Shown here: piece by piece, positions 1 to 9,438 of the stretch
Layout of the letters: every line of letters starts with the position of its first letter
How positions within the stretch are numbered: position 1 is the stretch's first letter
Assembly (NCBI GenBank): GCA_964384825.1
Contig: CAYLMM010000001.1
Location: 38,552 to 102,551 of the forward strand
Length of the DNA stretch: 64,000 nucleotides
Direction of reading: 5' to 3'
DNA from: an uncultured Fibrobacteraceae bacterium
Lineage (GTDB): Bacteria > Krumholzibacteriota > Krumholzibacteriia > LZORAL124-64-63
Translations under genes and position numbers: made by a program
The notes under the pieces: model-generated
The model's input: the letters and a program-made list of their open reading frames with translations, nothing else
Databases searched by the model: none
What the model was told of the DNA's origin: nothing

Positions 1-338
1 GACATCCGGTACGACGCCACGCGGTGGTAGGACTTGGCCATCAGGAAGAGGGCGTCGTCGGTCAGGCCGGAGCCGGGGTAGTCGTCCAGGACGATCTGGC
101 ACTTCTTCACGGCGCGGTTGTAGGCGGAAGTCTGCTGGGTGCTCAGCTCGTAGGGATCCTCGCCGTTCTTGATCCTCTCCTTGCGCACGTCCTCGGCCGA
201 GTTGAAGGCCTTCCTGGCATTGAAGAAGGTGTTGTACTTGGCGCATCCGCAGAACAGGGCGGCCACGACGACCGCCGCGGCCAGCACGGCGTACCGCAAG
301 GCGTTCGATCGTCCCGGATTCGGGCCGGTTCCGGTCAT
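1..338 (-). CDS. Partial lipoprotein, TPR-like. The N-terminus lies in the window and the gene continues past the window start.
   Basis: The reverse-complement translation from an ATG near 338 begins MTGTGPNPGRSNALRYAVLAAAVVVAALFCGCAKY, a signal peptide with a lipobox Cys. GC3 codon bias is strong. It does not correspond to any listed ORF because it is truncated. Confidence 0.45.
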   Translation of the reverse strand, partial: MTGTGPNPGRSNALRYAVLAAAVVVAALFCGCAKYNTFFNARKAFNSAEDVRKERIKNGEDPYELSTQQTSAYNRAVKKCQIVLDDYPGSGLTDDALFLMAKSYHRVASYRM

Positions 339-405
339 GGTGGCTCCTCTCGGACTGCGGGCGGGGCGCGGCGGGCGCCCGCCGCATCGGCGGACGCCCC
401 CGTCG

Positions 406-1728
406 TCAATCCACGCTAACTTCACCGTCGCGCCAGGTCAACCGTCCCCGCAGGAACGTCGCCTTGACGCGCCCGCTGAGCTTCTCGCCGAGGAAGGCCG
501 AGTTCCGGCTGCGGGAACGCATCCGGTTCGGTTCGACGGTCCACTGCTCGTCGGGATCGAAGAGGATGAAATCGGCGTCGCCGCCCTCCTCCAGCTTCCC
601 TCCCTGCAAACCGAAAACCGAGGCCGGGCGTTCCGACATGGCGGCCACCAATCCGCCCAGATCCATCTTGCCTTCCTTGACCAGGTGGGTGATCCCGACG
701 GCGAGCGCGGTCTCCAGGCCGATGACCCCGAAGGGCGCCTGGTCGAACATCAGCTCCTTCTCCATGCCCGTATGGGGCGCGTGATCGGTGGCGATGCAGT
801 CGATCACGCCGTCGGCCAGGGCCTGGGTCACGGCCTCGATGTCGGCCTCCTCGCGCAGCGGCGGGTTCATCTTGAACAGCGGCGAGAAGTTGCGGCAGCG
901 GGAGTGGTCCAGCGCCAGATGATGCGGCGTGACCTCGGCCGTCACGTTCAGGCCGTCCTGCTTGGCCCGCCGGATGACCTCGACGGCGCCGCGCGTCGAG
1001 ACGTGGGCCACGTGCAGGTGTCCGCCGGTGGCGCGCGCCAGTTCGACGTCGCGGTAGACCATCGAATCCTCGGCAGCCCGCGGGATGCCGGGTAGGCCGA
1101 GCTTGGCCGACCAGTAGCCGCCGTGCATCACGCCCTTGCCCGACAGGGTCGAGTCCTCGGCGTGCGAGATCACCGGCACGCCCAGGCTCTTGGCGAACTG
1201 CAGGGCGTACTTCATCAGGCCGCCGTGCATCACCGGACGGCCGTCGTCGGTGAAGCCGACCGCGCCGGCGGCGACCATGTCGCCGAACTCGGCCAGGACC
1301 TCGCCCTCCTGGCCGACCGAGATCGCCCCGGTGGGCAGCACGCGGCAGAGCCCGGCCTCGCGGCCGCGGTCGATGATGTAGCGCACCGAAACCGCGTCAT
1401 CCACCGGCGGCGACGTATTGGGCATCGTGACGACGGTCGTGAAACCGCCGGCCGCCGCCGCGCGCGATCCGGTCAGGACGTTCTCCTTCTCCTCCTGGCC
1501 GGGCTCGCGGAAATGGACGTGGACGTCGACCAGGCCCGGCGCGCAGACCAGGCCGCCGCCGTCCAGGACCGGGATCTGCGCATCGGACGGAGCATCGACG
1601 CCGATGCCCTCGATCCGGCCGCTCTTGACGTGCAGGAAACCCTTGCGCCGCGACAGCTTGCCGCCGCGGCAGAGCTTCACGTCGGTCACCAGGAATTCCG
1701 CGGGAATCTTCTTCCAGTTCCAATCCAT
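406..1728 (-). CDS. pyrC: Dihydroorotase
   Basis: 440-aa ORF with the DVHVHFREPG metal-binding signature and a TDHAPH motif typical of the dihydroorotase/amidohydrolase family. It lies downstream of pyrB. Confidence 0.9.
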   Translation of the reverse strand: MDWNWKKIPAEFLVTDVKLCRGGKLSRRKGFLHVKSGRIEGIGVDAPSDAQIPVLDGGGLVCAPGLVDVHVHFREPGQEEKENVLTGSRAAAAGGFTTVVTMPNTSPPVDDAVSVRYIIDRGREAGLCRVLPTGAISVGQEGEVLAEFGDMVAAGAVGFTDDGRPVMHGGLMKYALQFAKSLGVPVISHAEDSTLSGKGVMHGGYWSAKLGLPGIPRAAEDSMVYRDVELARATGGHLHVAHVSTRGAVEVIRRAKQDGLNVTAEVTPHHLALDHSRCRNFSPLFKMNPPLREEADIEAVTQALADGVIDCIATDHAPHTGMEKELMFDQAPFGVIGLETALAVGITHLVKEGKMDLGGLVAAMSERPASVFGLQGGKLEEGGDADFILFDPDEQWTVEPNRMRSRSRNSAFLGEKLSGRVKATFLRGRLTWRDGEVSVD

Positions 1729-1768
1729 CGTCGCACCTCTTTCCGCCGGGCCTCGGCCCGACCCGGGG

Positions 1769-2716
1769 TCAGGCCGCCGCGCCGCCGAGCTTGCCGGGAT
1801 CGCCGCCGCCGAGCAGGTAGATCACCGCCATCCGAACCGCGACTCCGTTGGTGACCTGGTCGAGGATCACCTGGCGCGGCCCGTCGGCCACCTCGGAGCT
1901 GATCTCCACGTTCCTGTTCATAGGTCCGGGATGCATCACGAAGCAGCCGGGCTTCGTGCGGCGCATGACCTCTTCGGTGATGCCGTACATGCGGTGGTAT
2001 TCGCGGTTGCTGGGAAAGACCTTGCGGCTCTGCCGCTCGAGCTGGATCCGCAGGACGTTCAGCACGTCCGCGTCTGCCACGGCCTTCTGCAGATCGAATT
2101 CCACCTTCGCGCCGAGGCGCGCGACGGCGCCGGGCACCATCGTCGAGGGTCCGCAGACGGTCACCTCTGCCCCCAGCCGGTTCAGGCCGTAGATGTTCGA
2201 CCGGGCGACCCGCGAGTGGGCGATGTCGCCGATGATCGTCACCTTCCTGCCCGCGAGGTCCCCCAGCCGCTGGCGCATGCTCATGATGTCCAGCAGCCCC
2301 TGGGTGGGGTGCTCGTGCGCGCCGTCGCCGGCGTTGATCACCGAGCAGTCCAGGACGTCGGCCAGATACTGTGCGGCGCCCGGCGAGGAATGGCGCATGA
2401 TGATCATGTCCACCTTCATCGCCTCGATGTTCTCGGCGGTGTCGCGCAGGGTCTCGCCCTTCTTCAGGCTGCTGGTCTGCGCCGAGAAGTTCACGATGTC
2501 GGCCGAGAGCCGGTTCTCGGCCAGCTCGAAGCTGATCCGCGTCCGCGTGCTCGGCTCGAAGAAGAGGTTCACCACCGTGCGCCCGCGCATGATGGGCACC
2601 TTCCGCACCGGCCGGTCGAAGATCGCCCGGAACTGCTCGGCGGTGTCCAGGATGCCCAGGATCTCCTCGCGCGTCAGATCCTCGAGCCCGATCAGATCCT
2701 TGCCCTTGAGAATCAT
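1769..2716 (-). CDS. pyrB: Aspartate carbamoyltransferase catalytic subunit
   Basis: 315 aa. The N-terminus [14 protein letters not shown] matches ATCase, and the STRTR carbamoyl-phosphate binding motif and HPTQ motif are present. Confidence 0.92.
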   Translation of the reverse strand: MILKGKDLIGLEDLTREEILGILDTAEQFRAIFDRPVRKVPIMRGRTVVNLFFEPSTRTRISFELAENRLSADIVNFSAQTSSLKKGETLRDTAENIEAMKVDMIIMRHSSPGAAQYLADVLDCSVINAGDGAHEHPTQGLLDIMSMRQRLGDLAGRKVTIIGDIAHSRVARSNIYGLNRLGAEVTVCGPSTMVPGAVARLGAKVEFDLQKAVADADVLNVLRIQLERQSRKVFPSNREYHRMYGITEEVMRRTKPGCFVMHPGPMNRNVEISSEVADGPRQVILDQVTNGVAVRMAVIYLLGGGDPGKLGGAAA

Positions 2717-3264
2717 TCCGCGGTCACCTCCCCCACGACGACCTCCTGCACATCATCGAATTCCTCCACCCTCACCTTGATGATCTCCCGGTGCGAGGTG
2801 GGCACGTTCTTGCCGACGAAATCGGGGCGGATGGGCAATTCGCGATGGCCCCGGTCGATCAGCACCGCCAGCCGCACCGCGCTGGGCCGGCCCCAGTCCA
2901 TGATCTCGTTCAGGGCGGCCCGCACCGTCCGGCCGGTGTACAGCACGTCGTCGACCAGCACGACGTTCTTGGCCGTGACGTCGGTGCCGATCTCCGAACT
3001 GGAGACCTGGGGCGCCGGGCCGATGGTGGACAGGTCGTCGCGGTAGAAGGTGATGTCCAGCGCTCCGAGCGGCACGTCGACGCCCTCGACCTTCCGGATG
3101 GCCTCGGCGATCAGCTTGGCCAGGGGCACGCCCCGCCGCTGGATGCCGAGCAGGACCAGGCCGTCGGTCCCCTTGTTGGCCTCGATGATCTCATGGGCGA
3201 TGCGCGTCAGCGCCCGCGTGACCTCGGAACTGTTCATGATGACGGTCTTCTGGACGAATCCCAT
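2713..3264 (-). CDS. pyrR: Bifunctional pyrimidine operon regulator / uracil phosphoribosyltransferase PyrR
   Basis: The internal Met [28 protein letters not shown] aligns with PyrR N-termini. A PRTase motif [13 protein letters not shown] is present. There is a 4-nt overlap with the pyrB start. Confidence 0.88.
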   Translation of the reverse strand: MGFVQKTVIMNSSEVTRALTRIAHEIIEANKGTDGLVLLGIQRRGVPLAKLIAEAIRKVEGVDVPLGALDITFYRDDLSTIGPAPQVSSSEIGTDVTAKNVVLVDDVLYTGRTVRAALNEIMDWGRPSAVRLAVLIDRGHRELPIRPDFVGKNVPTSHREIIKVRVEEFDDVQEVVVGEVTAE

Positions 3265-3295
3265 GGCCGACGACGTCCTTTCCGGGCCCGGGCAC

Positions 3296-3320
3296 AAAAA
3301 AAAGCACGGCGTCGCGCACC
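3296..3320 (-). promoter_or_regulatory. Leader hairpin plus U8 tract about 35 nt upstream of the pyrR start. This is a candidate PyrR-dependent transcription attenuator.
   Basis: The minus-strand RNA reads GGUGCGCGACGCCGUGCUUUUUUUU, a short GC stem (GCGCG/CGUGC) followed by 8 U. Upstream there is a purine-rich segment AGCCCAAAAGGAGGCCUCGG loosely resembling the PyrR binding loop. Coordinates are approximate. Confidence 0.35.
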
Positions 3321-3500
3321 ATGCTCCTCATTCAGCCGAGGCCTCCTTTTGGGCTTCTCCGAGCCGCATTAAAAGAAAGCGAACCTGTCGATTGCTCCGG
3401 CCCAATCTAACAGAACGGTCCGGGAGCGGCAAGACGAATCCCCCGCCCGCTCCAGGCGCGGACGGAGAACCGGGGTCCGGGAATCGGCCGGGAAAGCGAC

Positions 3501-4325
3501 CTAGGGGACGGCATCCCCGCCTTCGCGCAGGATCCGCAGCTGTTCGCGAGCCCGGTCGGACCAGGCCGAGGAGGCGTCGAGCGCCAGATACGTCTGCCAC
3601 GCCGCGATCGCTTCGGGCCGGCGGCCGGCCTCGGTCAGAGCCCGCGCCCTCCCGAATGCGGCTTGGCGATGCCCGGGGCGGAGGTCCAGGATGGCGGCGA
3701 AGGTCCCGGCGGCGGCCGCGAACTCGGCCTGGTGGAACTGCGCGTTGCCGTAGGCGAAGAGGTAATCGGTATCGTCGGGATCGGCGGCCAGCAGGTCATC
3801 GAGCAGGGCGACGGCGTCGGTGTTCCGTCCCCGCTTCAGGTAGACCAGCGCCAGATTGTAGCTCGCGTCGGAGAATTCCGGATCCAGATCCAGGGCCTGC
3901 GCGAAGGCCTCGCGCGCCTCGTCGAGCCGGCCGCTCCGCAACGCGTCCACGCCCTGGTTGTAGGGATCGAGCGCGGCCAGGCGCTGCTCGGCGCGGTCCC
4001 ACTCCCCGGCGTCGAACCGCAGCTCGAGCACCGAATCCGCGGCCAGCCTGTCGGGATCGTCGATGCCGTTCCAGGCCGCGATGTCGGCGACCCGCGACTC
4101 GTCCAGATAGTAGTTCTCGGCGATGCGGGCCAGGGTCTCCCCCTCGCCCACGACATGGGTCAGGGTGTAGCGGTCCCGATGCGGACGCGCGCGGGCGGGT
4201 TCGTCGCCGCGGACCATCTTGCGTCCGCAACCGCCGCAGAACGGCAGGACGGCCGCGGCCAGCAGGCAGACCAGGGCCGCGCGAACCAGACCGGCGGTAG
4301 CGAGCCGGCGACAGGCGATCATCAT
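3501..4325 (-). CDS. Lipoprotein with a LysM domain and TPR repeats
   Basis: The internal start MMIACRRLATAGLVRAALVCLLAAAVLPFCGGC is a signal peptide with a lipobox. A LysM-like segment YTLTHVVGEGETLARIAENYY is followed by TPR-like repeats. The upstream part of the listed 500-aa ORF is read-through of the dus gene region. The start ATG overlaps the dus stop (ATGA). Confidence 0.65.
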   Translation of the reverse strand: MMIACRRLATAGLVRAALVCLLAAAVLPFCGGCGRKMVRGDEPARARPHRDRYTLTHVVGEGETLARIAENYYLDESRVADIAAWNGIDDPDRLAADSVLELRFDAGEWDRAEQRLAALDPYNQGVDALRSGRLDEAREAFAQALDLDPEFSDASYNLALVYLKRGRNTDAVALLDDLLAADPDDTDYLFAYGNAQFHQAEFAAAAGTFAAILDLRPGHRQAAFGRARALTEAGRRPEAIAAWQTYLALDASSAWSDRAREQLRILREGGDAVP

Positions 4326-5353
4326 GCTTCCTCCCGCTTCCCGGCGTCGATTTCCCGCCGGCGTCGGTGGACCTCGGCCGTGATCTCGGCCAGACATTGC
4401 TGCATCCCGGTGCCGTCCTCGGTGGCGAACAGGCGGCGCCTGATGTCGGCCGCGCCGGGAAAGCTCCGGAAATACCGGACGATGTGCTTGCGGACCAGGA
4501 ATCCCCCGTGCCGGTCCCCGCGTCCCTCGGAAATGGCGCGGATATGCCTCGCGACCACCGGCAGGATCTCCTCGAGCGTCGGCGGCGTGAAGGTTTCGCC
4601 CCGGTCGCAGGCGGCCATCTCGCTGAAGATCCAGGGATTGCCGGTCGCGCCGCGGCCCACCATCACCGCGTGGCAGCCGCTGGTCTCGACGGCCCGCCGG
4701 TAGCTTTCGCCGTCCACGATGTCGCCGTTGCCGATCACCGGGATGTCCAGGGTCTCGACCAGATCGGCGATGCGGTCCCAGTCCGCCAGGCCGCGGAACT
4801 TCTGGGCGCGCGTCCGGCCGTGCATGGTCACGAACACGCAGCCGGCCTCCTGCAGCAGCAGGCCCACCTCGCGGTAGTTGACCGAGTCCTCGTCCCAGCC
4901 GGCGCGGATCTTGGCCGAGACGGGCATCGCGCTCTCGCGGACCACGGCCTCGATCACCCGCCGCAGCAGCGGCACGTCGGCCAGCAGGGCCGATCCCCCG
5001 CATTTCTTGACCACCTTCTTCGCCGGACAGCCGAAGTTGACGTCCAGCACGTCGTGCCGGCTGTCGCGCATCATCGCGGCCGCCGCGCCGAGGTCATCGG
5101 GATCGTTGCCGAAGATCTGGATGCCGACCCGGCCGCCTTCGCCCTCGGTGTCGACGATCCGCCAGGTCGCCTCGTTGCGGTAGAGCAGGCCCTTGGCCGC
5201 GGTGAATTCGCAGAAGCAGAGGTCGGCCCCGAAATCGCGGCAGATGTCGCGATAGGCGCGGTCGGTCACCCCCACCATCGGCGACAGGACGCGGCGCACG
5301 TCGGCGAACCAGGGGATGCGGGGATCGATGCGGACTTCCTTGCGGGGCGGCAT
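4322..5353 (-). CDS. dus: tRNA-dihydrouridine synthase
   Basis: Dus family motifs are present, including FCEFTAAKGL and GADLVDVNFGCP-like (DVLDVNFGCPAKKV). The start is placed at MPPRKEVRIDPRIPWFADV. Confidence 0.82.
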   Translation of the reverse strand: MPPRKEVRIDPRIPWFADVRRVLSPMVGVTDRAYRDICRDFGADLCFCEFTAAKGLLYRNEATWRIVDTEGEGGRVGIQIFGNDPDDLGAAAAMMRDSRHDVLDVNFGCPAKKVVKKCGGSALLADVPLLRRVIEAVVRESAMPVSAKIRAGWDEDSVNYREVGLLLQEAGCVFVTMHGRTRAQKFRGLADWDRIADLVETLDIPVIGNGDIVDGESYRRAVETSGCHAVMVGRGATGNPWIFSEMAACDRGETFTPPTLEEILPVVARHIRAISEGRGDRHGGFLVRKHIVRYFRSFPGAADIRRRLFATEDGTGMQQCLAEITAEVHRRRREIDAGKREEA

Positions 5354-5488
5354 GAATCGGGCTCCCGGACGTCGGCTGGGGTCGGCGGGGGAAGCCGGAG
5401 CGGCTTCCGCGGTTCCGCCACAGGATGGATGCATCCGGGCCGGCGGTCAAGGCCGCCCCCGGAATCGGTCGGTCGCGGTGAAAAGAAA

Positions 5489-5511
5489 CCGGCCCCCGCG
5501 AAGGGGGCCGG
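5489..5511 (-). terminator. Intrinsic terminator downstream of korB
   Basis: Hairpin CCGGCCCCC-GCGAA-GGGGGCCGG. On the minus strand it is followed by UUUCUUUUC, about 25 nt after the korB stop. Confidence 0.6.
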
Positions 5512-5535
5512 CCTCGATCGGACACGGATCCGCGT

Positions 5536-6381
5536 CTAGCGGTAGGTCTCGAGCAGCTGGGTCAGGTTGTCCAGCTTGCCCGCCCTCTCGCGCAGATCAT
5601 CCAGACGCTCGTGCAGGGCCGCACGCTCGTCCTGGTAGAGGACGCCGGTCCACAGCTTGCTCTGGTCCATGGCGATCTGCATGGCGGCGAGCTTGTTCTG
5701 CGAATCGTGATCCTCGGGGATCTCGGCGAAGATCTCGTTCAGCGTGTTGAACGTGATCTGCTTGTTGAACGTCACGCAGGGCGAATAGACGTGCACGATG
5801 GAGAAACCCTTGTGCTCGATCGCCTTGATGAACAGCTCCTTCAGCAGCTTGGGCTTGCCCGAGAATCCGCGCGCCACGAACGACGCGTTGTAGGCCAGGA
5901 ACATCTCCTCGGGATGGACCGGATCCTCGATGTAGGCGTAGGGAGCGGTCTTGCTCACCATGTTCAGGGGCGACGTCGGCGAGGATTGCCCCTTGGTCAG
6001 GCCGTAGATCGAGTTGTCGATCAGCAGGTAGACCATGTCGACGTTCTTGCGCGCCGCGTGGGGCAGGTGGCCGCCTCCGATGCCCAGGCCGTCGCCGTCG
6101 CCGCCGACGGCGAAGACGTTCAGGCTCGGCTTGGCCGCCTTCATGCCCAGCGCGGTCGGCACCGCGCGCCCGTGCACGCCGTGGAAACCGTAGGTGCTGC
6201 AGAAATAGGGCAGACGCCCGGAGCAGCCGATCCCCGAAACGATGACCGTGTTCTTGGGATCGAGCCCGCAGTGCACCATCGCCTGCAGGAACGGGTTCAG
6301 GACGCCGTAGTCGCCGCAGCCGGGGCACCACACCGGTTTCAGGCCGGACTTGAAGTCCTTGACCGTCATCTTCTCGCTCAT
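5536..6381 (-). CDS. korB: 2-oxoacid:ferredoxin oxidoreductase beta subunit (TPP-binding)
   Basis: 281 aa starting MSEKMTVKDFKSGLKPVWCPGCGDYG. It has the TPP motif GGDGDG...NSIYGLTKGQ. Confidence 0.85.
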   Translation of the reverse strand: MSEKMTVKDFKSGLKPVWCPGCGDYGVLNPFLQAMVHCGLDPKNTVIVSGIGCSGRLPYFCSTYGFHGVHGRAVPTALGMKAAKPSLNVFAVGGDGDGLGIGGGHLPHAARKNVDMVYLLIDNSIYGLTKGQSSPTSPLNMVSKTAPYAYIEDPVHPEEMFLAYNASFVARGFSGKPKLLKELFIKAIEHKGFSIVHVYSPCVTFNKQITFNTLNEIFAEIPEDHDSQNKLAAMQIAMDQSKLWTGVLYQDERAALHERLDDLRERAGKLDNLTQLLETYR

Positions 6382-8120
6382 AGCACCTCCTTGAAGGCCT
6401 CGTAGAGCTCTTCCGACGTGAAGGGAATGCCCTTCGCCTTGTGGACCTCGATCGGCTTGATGCCGAACTTGGCCTTCAGGAAGTGGGCGAACTGGCCGGT
6501 GTAGTTCTCCTCGGGCACGATGATCTTCTTCAGCGGGCCGAGGAAGCGGCGGATCGGCCACTCGCGCAGCGGCGAGATGATCCGCGGATGCAGGTGGGCG
6601 ACCGAGACGCCCGATTCCTCTTCGATGCGCTCGATGGCCTCGGTGATCGCGCCGTGGGTGCTGCCCCAGCCGATCACGCCGACCTCCGAACCCTCGGGCT
6701 CGACCTCTTCGCGCTCCTCCGGAGTGATGGTCGACCCCAGCACCTCGAGCTTCATGAAGCGCTTGGCCATCATCATCTCGTGGGCTTCCGGCGTGTAGTT
6801 CGGATCGCCCTTCTCGTTGTGCTCGAGGCCCGTGCCCATGTACGGCAGATCGTGCTCGCCCGGGATGGGCATGGGCGAAACGCCGTTGGGGGTGACAGCG
6901 TAGCGCTGGAAGGTCTTCTTGTTGGCGTTCGGATTCGGCGTGAACCGCGTGCCCAGATCGAGGTTGTTCAGTTCCGGCATGTCGATGTTCATGCTGGAGT
7001 ACGCCATGGCCTGGTCGGTGAGGATGATCACCGGCATCTGGTACTTCTCGGCGATCCGGAAGGCCCGGACCGTCTGGTAGAAGGCGTCCTCGATGTTGAT
7101 CGGGGCCATGATGCACCGGGGCGACTCGCCGCTGGTGCCGTAGATGGCGAACTTCAGGTCCGACTGCTCGGTCTTGGTCGGCAGGCCGGTCGAAGGTCCG
7201 CCGCGCATCACGTTGGCGATCACCAGCGGCACCTCGGTCATCGACGCGAGGTTCAGGGTCTCGCTCATCAGCGACAGGCCGGGGCCGGAAGTGGCGGTCA
7301 TGGCCCGCTTGCCGGCGAAGGACGCCCCGATGACCGAGGCCAGCGAGGCGATCTCGTCCTCGAGCTGGATCGCGGTGCCGCCGAAGCGCGGCAGGTCGCG
7401 GCAGAGCTGCTCGAAGATCGGCGTGGCCGGAGTGATGGGATAGCCGCCGATGAACTCGACGCCCGCCGCCAACGCGCCCAGGGCCACGGCCTCGTTGCCG
7501 TTCAGGATGATCTGGTTGCGGTCCGGATGGCGCTCGAAGGAGTGCTTGTTCACGCCCCGGTGCTCGTCCGCGTAGGCGTAGCCGGCCTTGACGGCCTTGA
7601 GGTTCAGGTTGACGACCTCGTCGCCCTTCTTGCCGAAGGTCCGACGGATCATCTCTTCGCCGTACTTCAGCGAAGCGTCGTAGACGTAGAGCAGGGCGCC
7701 GAGACCGACCATGTTCTTGGCGCGCAGCCCGCCGGTGTGCTCCTCGCAGAGCGCCTCCAGGGGCATCTCGATGGCTTCGGCCTCGCCGTGCTTGTCGGTC
7801 GGAGCGCAGAGCTTGGGATCGTAGAGCAGGATGCCTTCGGCCTTGATCCGGTCGGCGTAGGCGTCGTAAGCATCCTGGTTGAAGGCCAGCAGGACGTCGA
7901 TCTGCTGTTTGAGGGATCGGGCGGGACCGCTGGCCCCGCGAAGCTGGAACATGGCGAGTCCGCCGCGGATCTCGGCCGGGAAAGTACGGAAGGAGTGGAT
8001 GTTCAGTCCGCTGTGAGCGACCGCTTTGGTAAGGATCTCTCCCAGCGAGATGACACCTTCGCCGCCCTCTCCTCCGATTCGGACGACCAGGTCTGCGCTG
8101 ACCACAGGGCACCTCCCCAC
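6378..8120 (-). CDS. korA: 2-oxoacid:ferredoxin oxidoreductase alpha subunit
   Basis: 580 aa with IGGEGGEGVIS and GYPITPATPI motifs typical of the OFOR alpha subunit. The first codon is non-ATG (GTG). The stop overlaps the korB ATG. Confidence 0.85.
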   Translation of the reverse strand: MGRCPVVSADLVVRIGGEGGEGVISLGEILTKAVAHSGLNIHSFRTFPAEIRGGLAMFQLRGASGPARSLKQQIDVLLAFNQDAYDAYADRIKAEGILLYDPKLCAPTDKHGEAEAIEMPLEALCEEHTGGLRAKNMVGLGALLYVYDASLKYGEEMIRRTFGKKGDEVVNLNLKAVKAGYAYADEHRGVNKHSFERHPDRNQIILNGNEAVALGALAAGVEFIGGYPITPATPIFEQLCRDLPRFGGTAIQLEDEIASLASVIGASFAGKRAMTATSGPGLSLMSETLNLASMTEVPLVIANVMRGGPSTGLPTKTEQSDLKFAIYGTSGESPRCIMAPINIEDAFYQTVRAFRIAEKYQMPVIILTDQAMAYSSMNIDMPELNNLDLGTRFTPNPNANKKTFQRYAVTPNGVSPMPIPGEHDLPYMGTGLEHNEKGDPNYTPEAHEMMMAKRFMKLEVLGSTITPEEREEVEPEGSEVGVIGWGSTHGAITEAIERIEEESGVSVAHLHPRIISPLREWPIRRFLGPLKKIIVPEENYTGQFAHFLKAKFGIKPIEVHKAKGIPFTSEELYEAFKEVL

Positions 8121-8142
8121 TGTGTGGGTCGAAAAAGGGCAT

Positions 8143-8192
8143 AAGAGAAAAGGCGACAGTCGGTCAATACATCCGAATCGCCCTTTTCTCTT
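8143..8192. promoter_or_regulatory. Imperfect 14-bp inverted repeat in the korA 5' region, which is the korA/glycosyltransferase divergent intergenic region
   Basis: AAGAGAAAAGGCGA...TCGCCCTTTTCTCTT with a one-base indel and a 21-nt spacer, 25 to 70 nt upstream of the korA start codon. Confidence 0.3.
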
Positions 8193-8313
8193 TGTTCGTG
8201 GTGCCCTATTAATAATAGCCGGTCATACGCGGATCAACTGAAATGCTCCCCGCGCAAACCCTTTTTGGAGGGCGTCCGGGGGGACTCTCCGAAAGCCTCC
8301 GGAGGCGTGCGCC

Positions 8314-9438
8314 TTGGCAATCCGGCACGTCTGCATCATCGATACCATGGATCTGCTCGGCGGCGCCCAGATGTGGGCCGCCGGAATCGCCGCCGATCTG
8401 CCCGGCAGGGGCTGGAGAACGAGCCTCGTCGCGCGTCCCGGATCGCCGCTGGCCGCGCTCGCCGACGAGCGGGGGCTGGCCTGCGACGAGATCCCGATCC
8501 GCTTCGACGCCGCTCCGTGGACCATCCTGCGCCTGCTCGCGGTCCTGCGCCGCCGGAAAGCGCGGGCGGTGCTCTGCCTGAATCTGAAGGACCTGAAGGC
8601 GGCCGGGGTCGCCGCCCGCCTCGCGGGCGTGCCGGTGATCCTGCTGAGCCGCGAGAGCGACTCCCCCCTGCGCCGCCGCTTCTACTACCGCTGGTATCTC
8701 GGCGGGGTGGCCACCGGCGTGGTCGTCAACTCCCGCGCCACGGCGTCGACGACGCTGCGGTCGGCCCGGTGGCTGGATCCCCGGCGGGTCCACCTGCTCT
8801 ACAAGGGGATCGACGCCGAACGGTTCCGGCCCGGTCCGCGCGCGGACGGGAATCGCGACGGCGGCGCCCCGGTGGTGGGATTCGTCGGACGGACGACCGA
8901 GAGCAAGGGCGTGCCGGAGCTGATGCGGGCCTGGGAGATGATCGCCGCCCGCGACGACCTCCGCTCCCCGCGCCTGCGCCTGGCGGGACGCGGGCCGCTG
9001 GACGCCGAGATCGCCCGCTGGCGCGAGGGTTTGCCCCGGCCCGGGAACGTCGAGATCCTCGGCTTCGCCGAGGACATGCCCGGCTTCTACCGAGGGATCG
9101 ACATCCTGGCCGCGCCTTCGCGCGTCGAGGGCTTCGGGCTGGCCGTGGCCGAGGCCGGAGCCTGCGCGGTGCCGGTCGTCGCGGCTCGGGCGAGTTCGCT
9201 GCCCGAGATCGTCCGCCATCGCGAGACCGGACTGCTGACGCCGCCGCGCGACCCGCGAGCCCTGGCCGACGCTTTGGCCGCCCTGATCCTCGATCCCGGC
9301 TTGGCGGCGCGGTTGGGCGCGGCCGCCCGGCGGCGCGTGGCGTCGGCCTTCCCCCGCGACGCCATGCTCGACAACCTGGCCCGTCTGCTGGAAACCGGAA
9401 ACGTCCCCGAAACGGGAGCCGGAAAGGAAACGCCATGA
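8314..9438 (+). CDS. Glycosyltransferase family 4 (GT1 fold)
   Basis: 374 aa with an EGFGLAVAEAGACAVPVVAA motif characteristic of GT4 retaining glycosyltransferases. Confidence 0.78.
   Translation: MAIRHVCIIDTMDLLGGAQMWAAGIAADLPGRGWRTSLVARPGSPLAALADERGLACDEIPIRFDAAPWTILRLLAVLRRRKARAVLCLNLKDLKAAGVAARLAGVPVILLSRESDSPLRRRFYYRWYLGGVATGVVVNSRATASTTLRSARWLDPRRVHLLYKGIDAERFRPGPRADGNRDGGAPVVGFVGRTTESKGVPELMRAWEMIAARDDLRSPRLRLAGRGPLDAEIARWREGLPRPGNVEILGFAEDMPGFYRGIDILAAPSRVEGFGLAVAEAGACAVPVVAARASSLPEIVRHRETGLLTPPRDPRALADALAALILDPGLAARLGAAARRRVASAFPRDAMLDNLARLLETGNVPETGAGKETP

Noticed and set aside
1418-3046. Long plus-strand ORFs overlapping assigned minus-strand genes. Examples: 1418-3046, 3050-4300, 10236-12281, 13224-16040, 15062-17410, 18308-20599, 46142-49282, 55989-58010, 59006-61546.
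   Set aside because: Their translations are Arg/Gly/Pro/Ala-rich and low-complexity, as expected for antisense frames of 70% GC DNA. Each overlaps a gene with clear family motifs on the other strand.
5536-8142. Apparent giant fusion ORFs. Examples: the 868 aa at 5536-8142, 624 aa at 39187-41061, 874 aa at 50400-53024, 842 aa at 34425-36953, 500 aa at 3501-5003.
   Set aside because: The upstream part is out-of-frame read-through across the preceding gene, with low-complexity RG-rich translation. The real genes start at internal codons that align with family N-termini and overlap the upstream stop.
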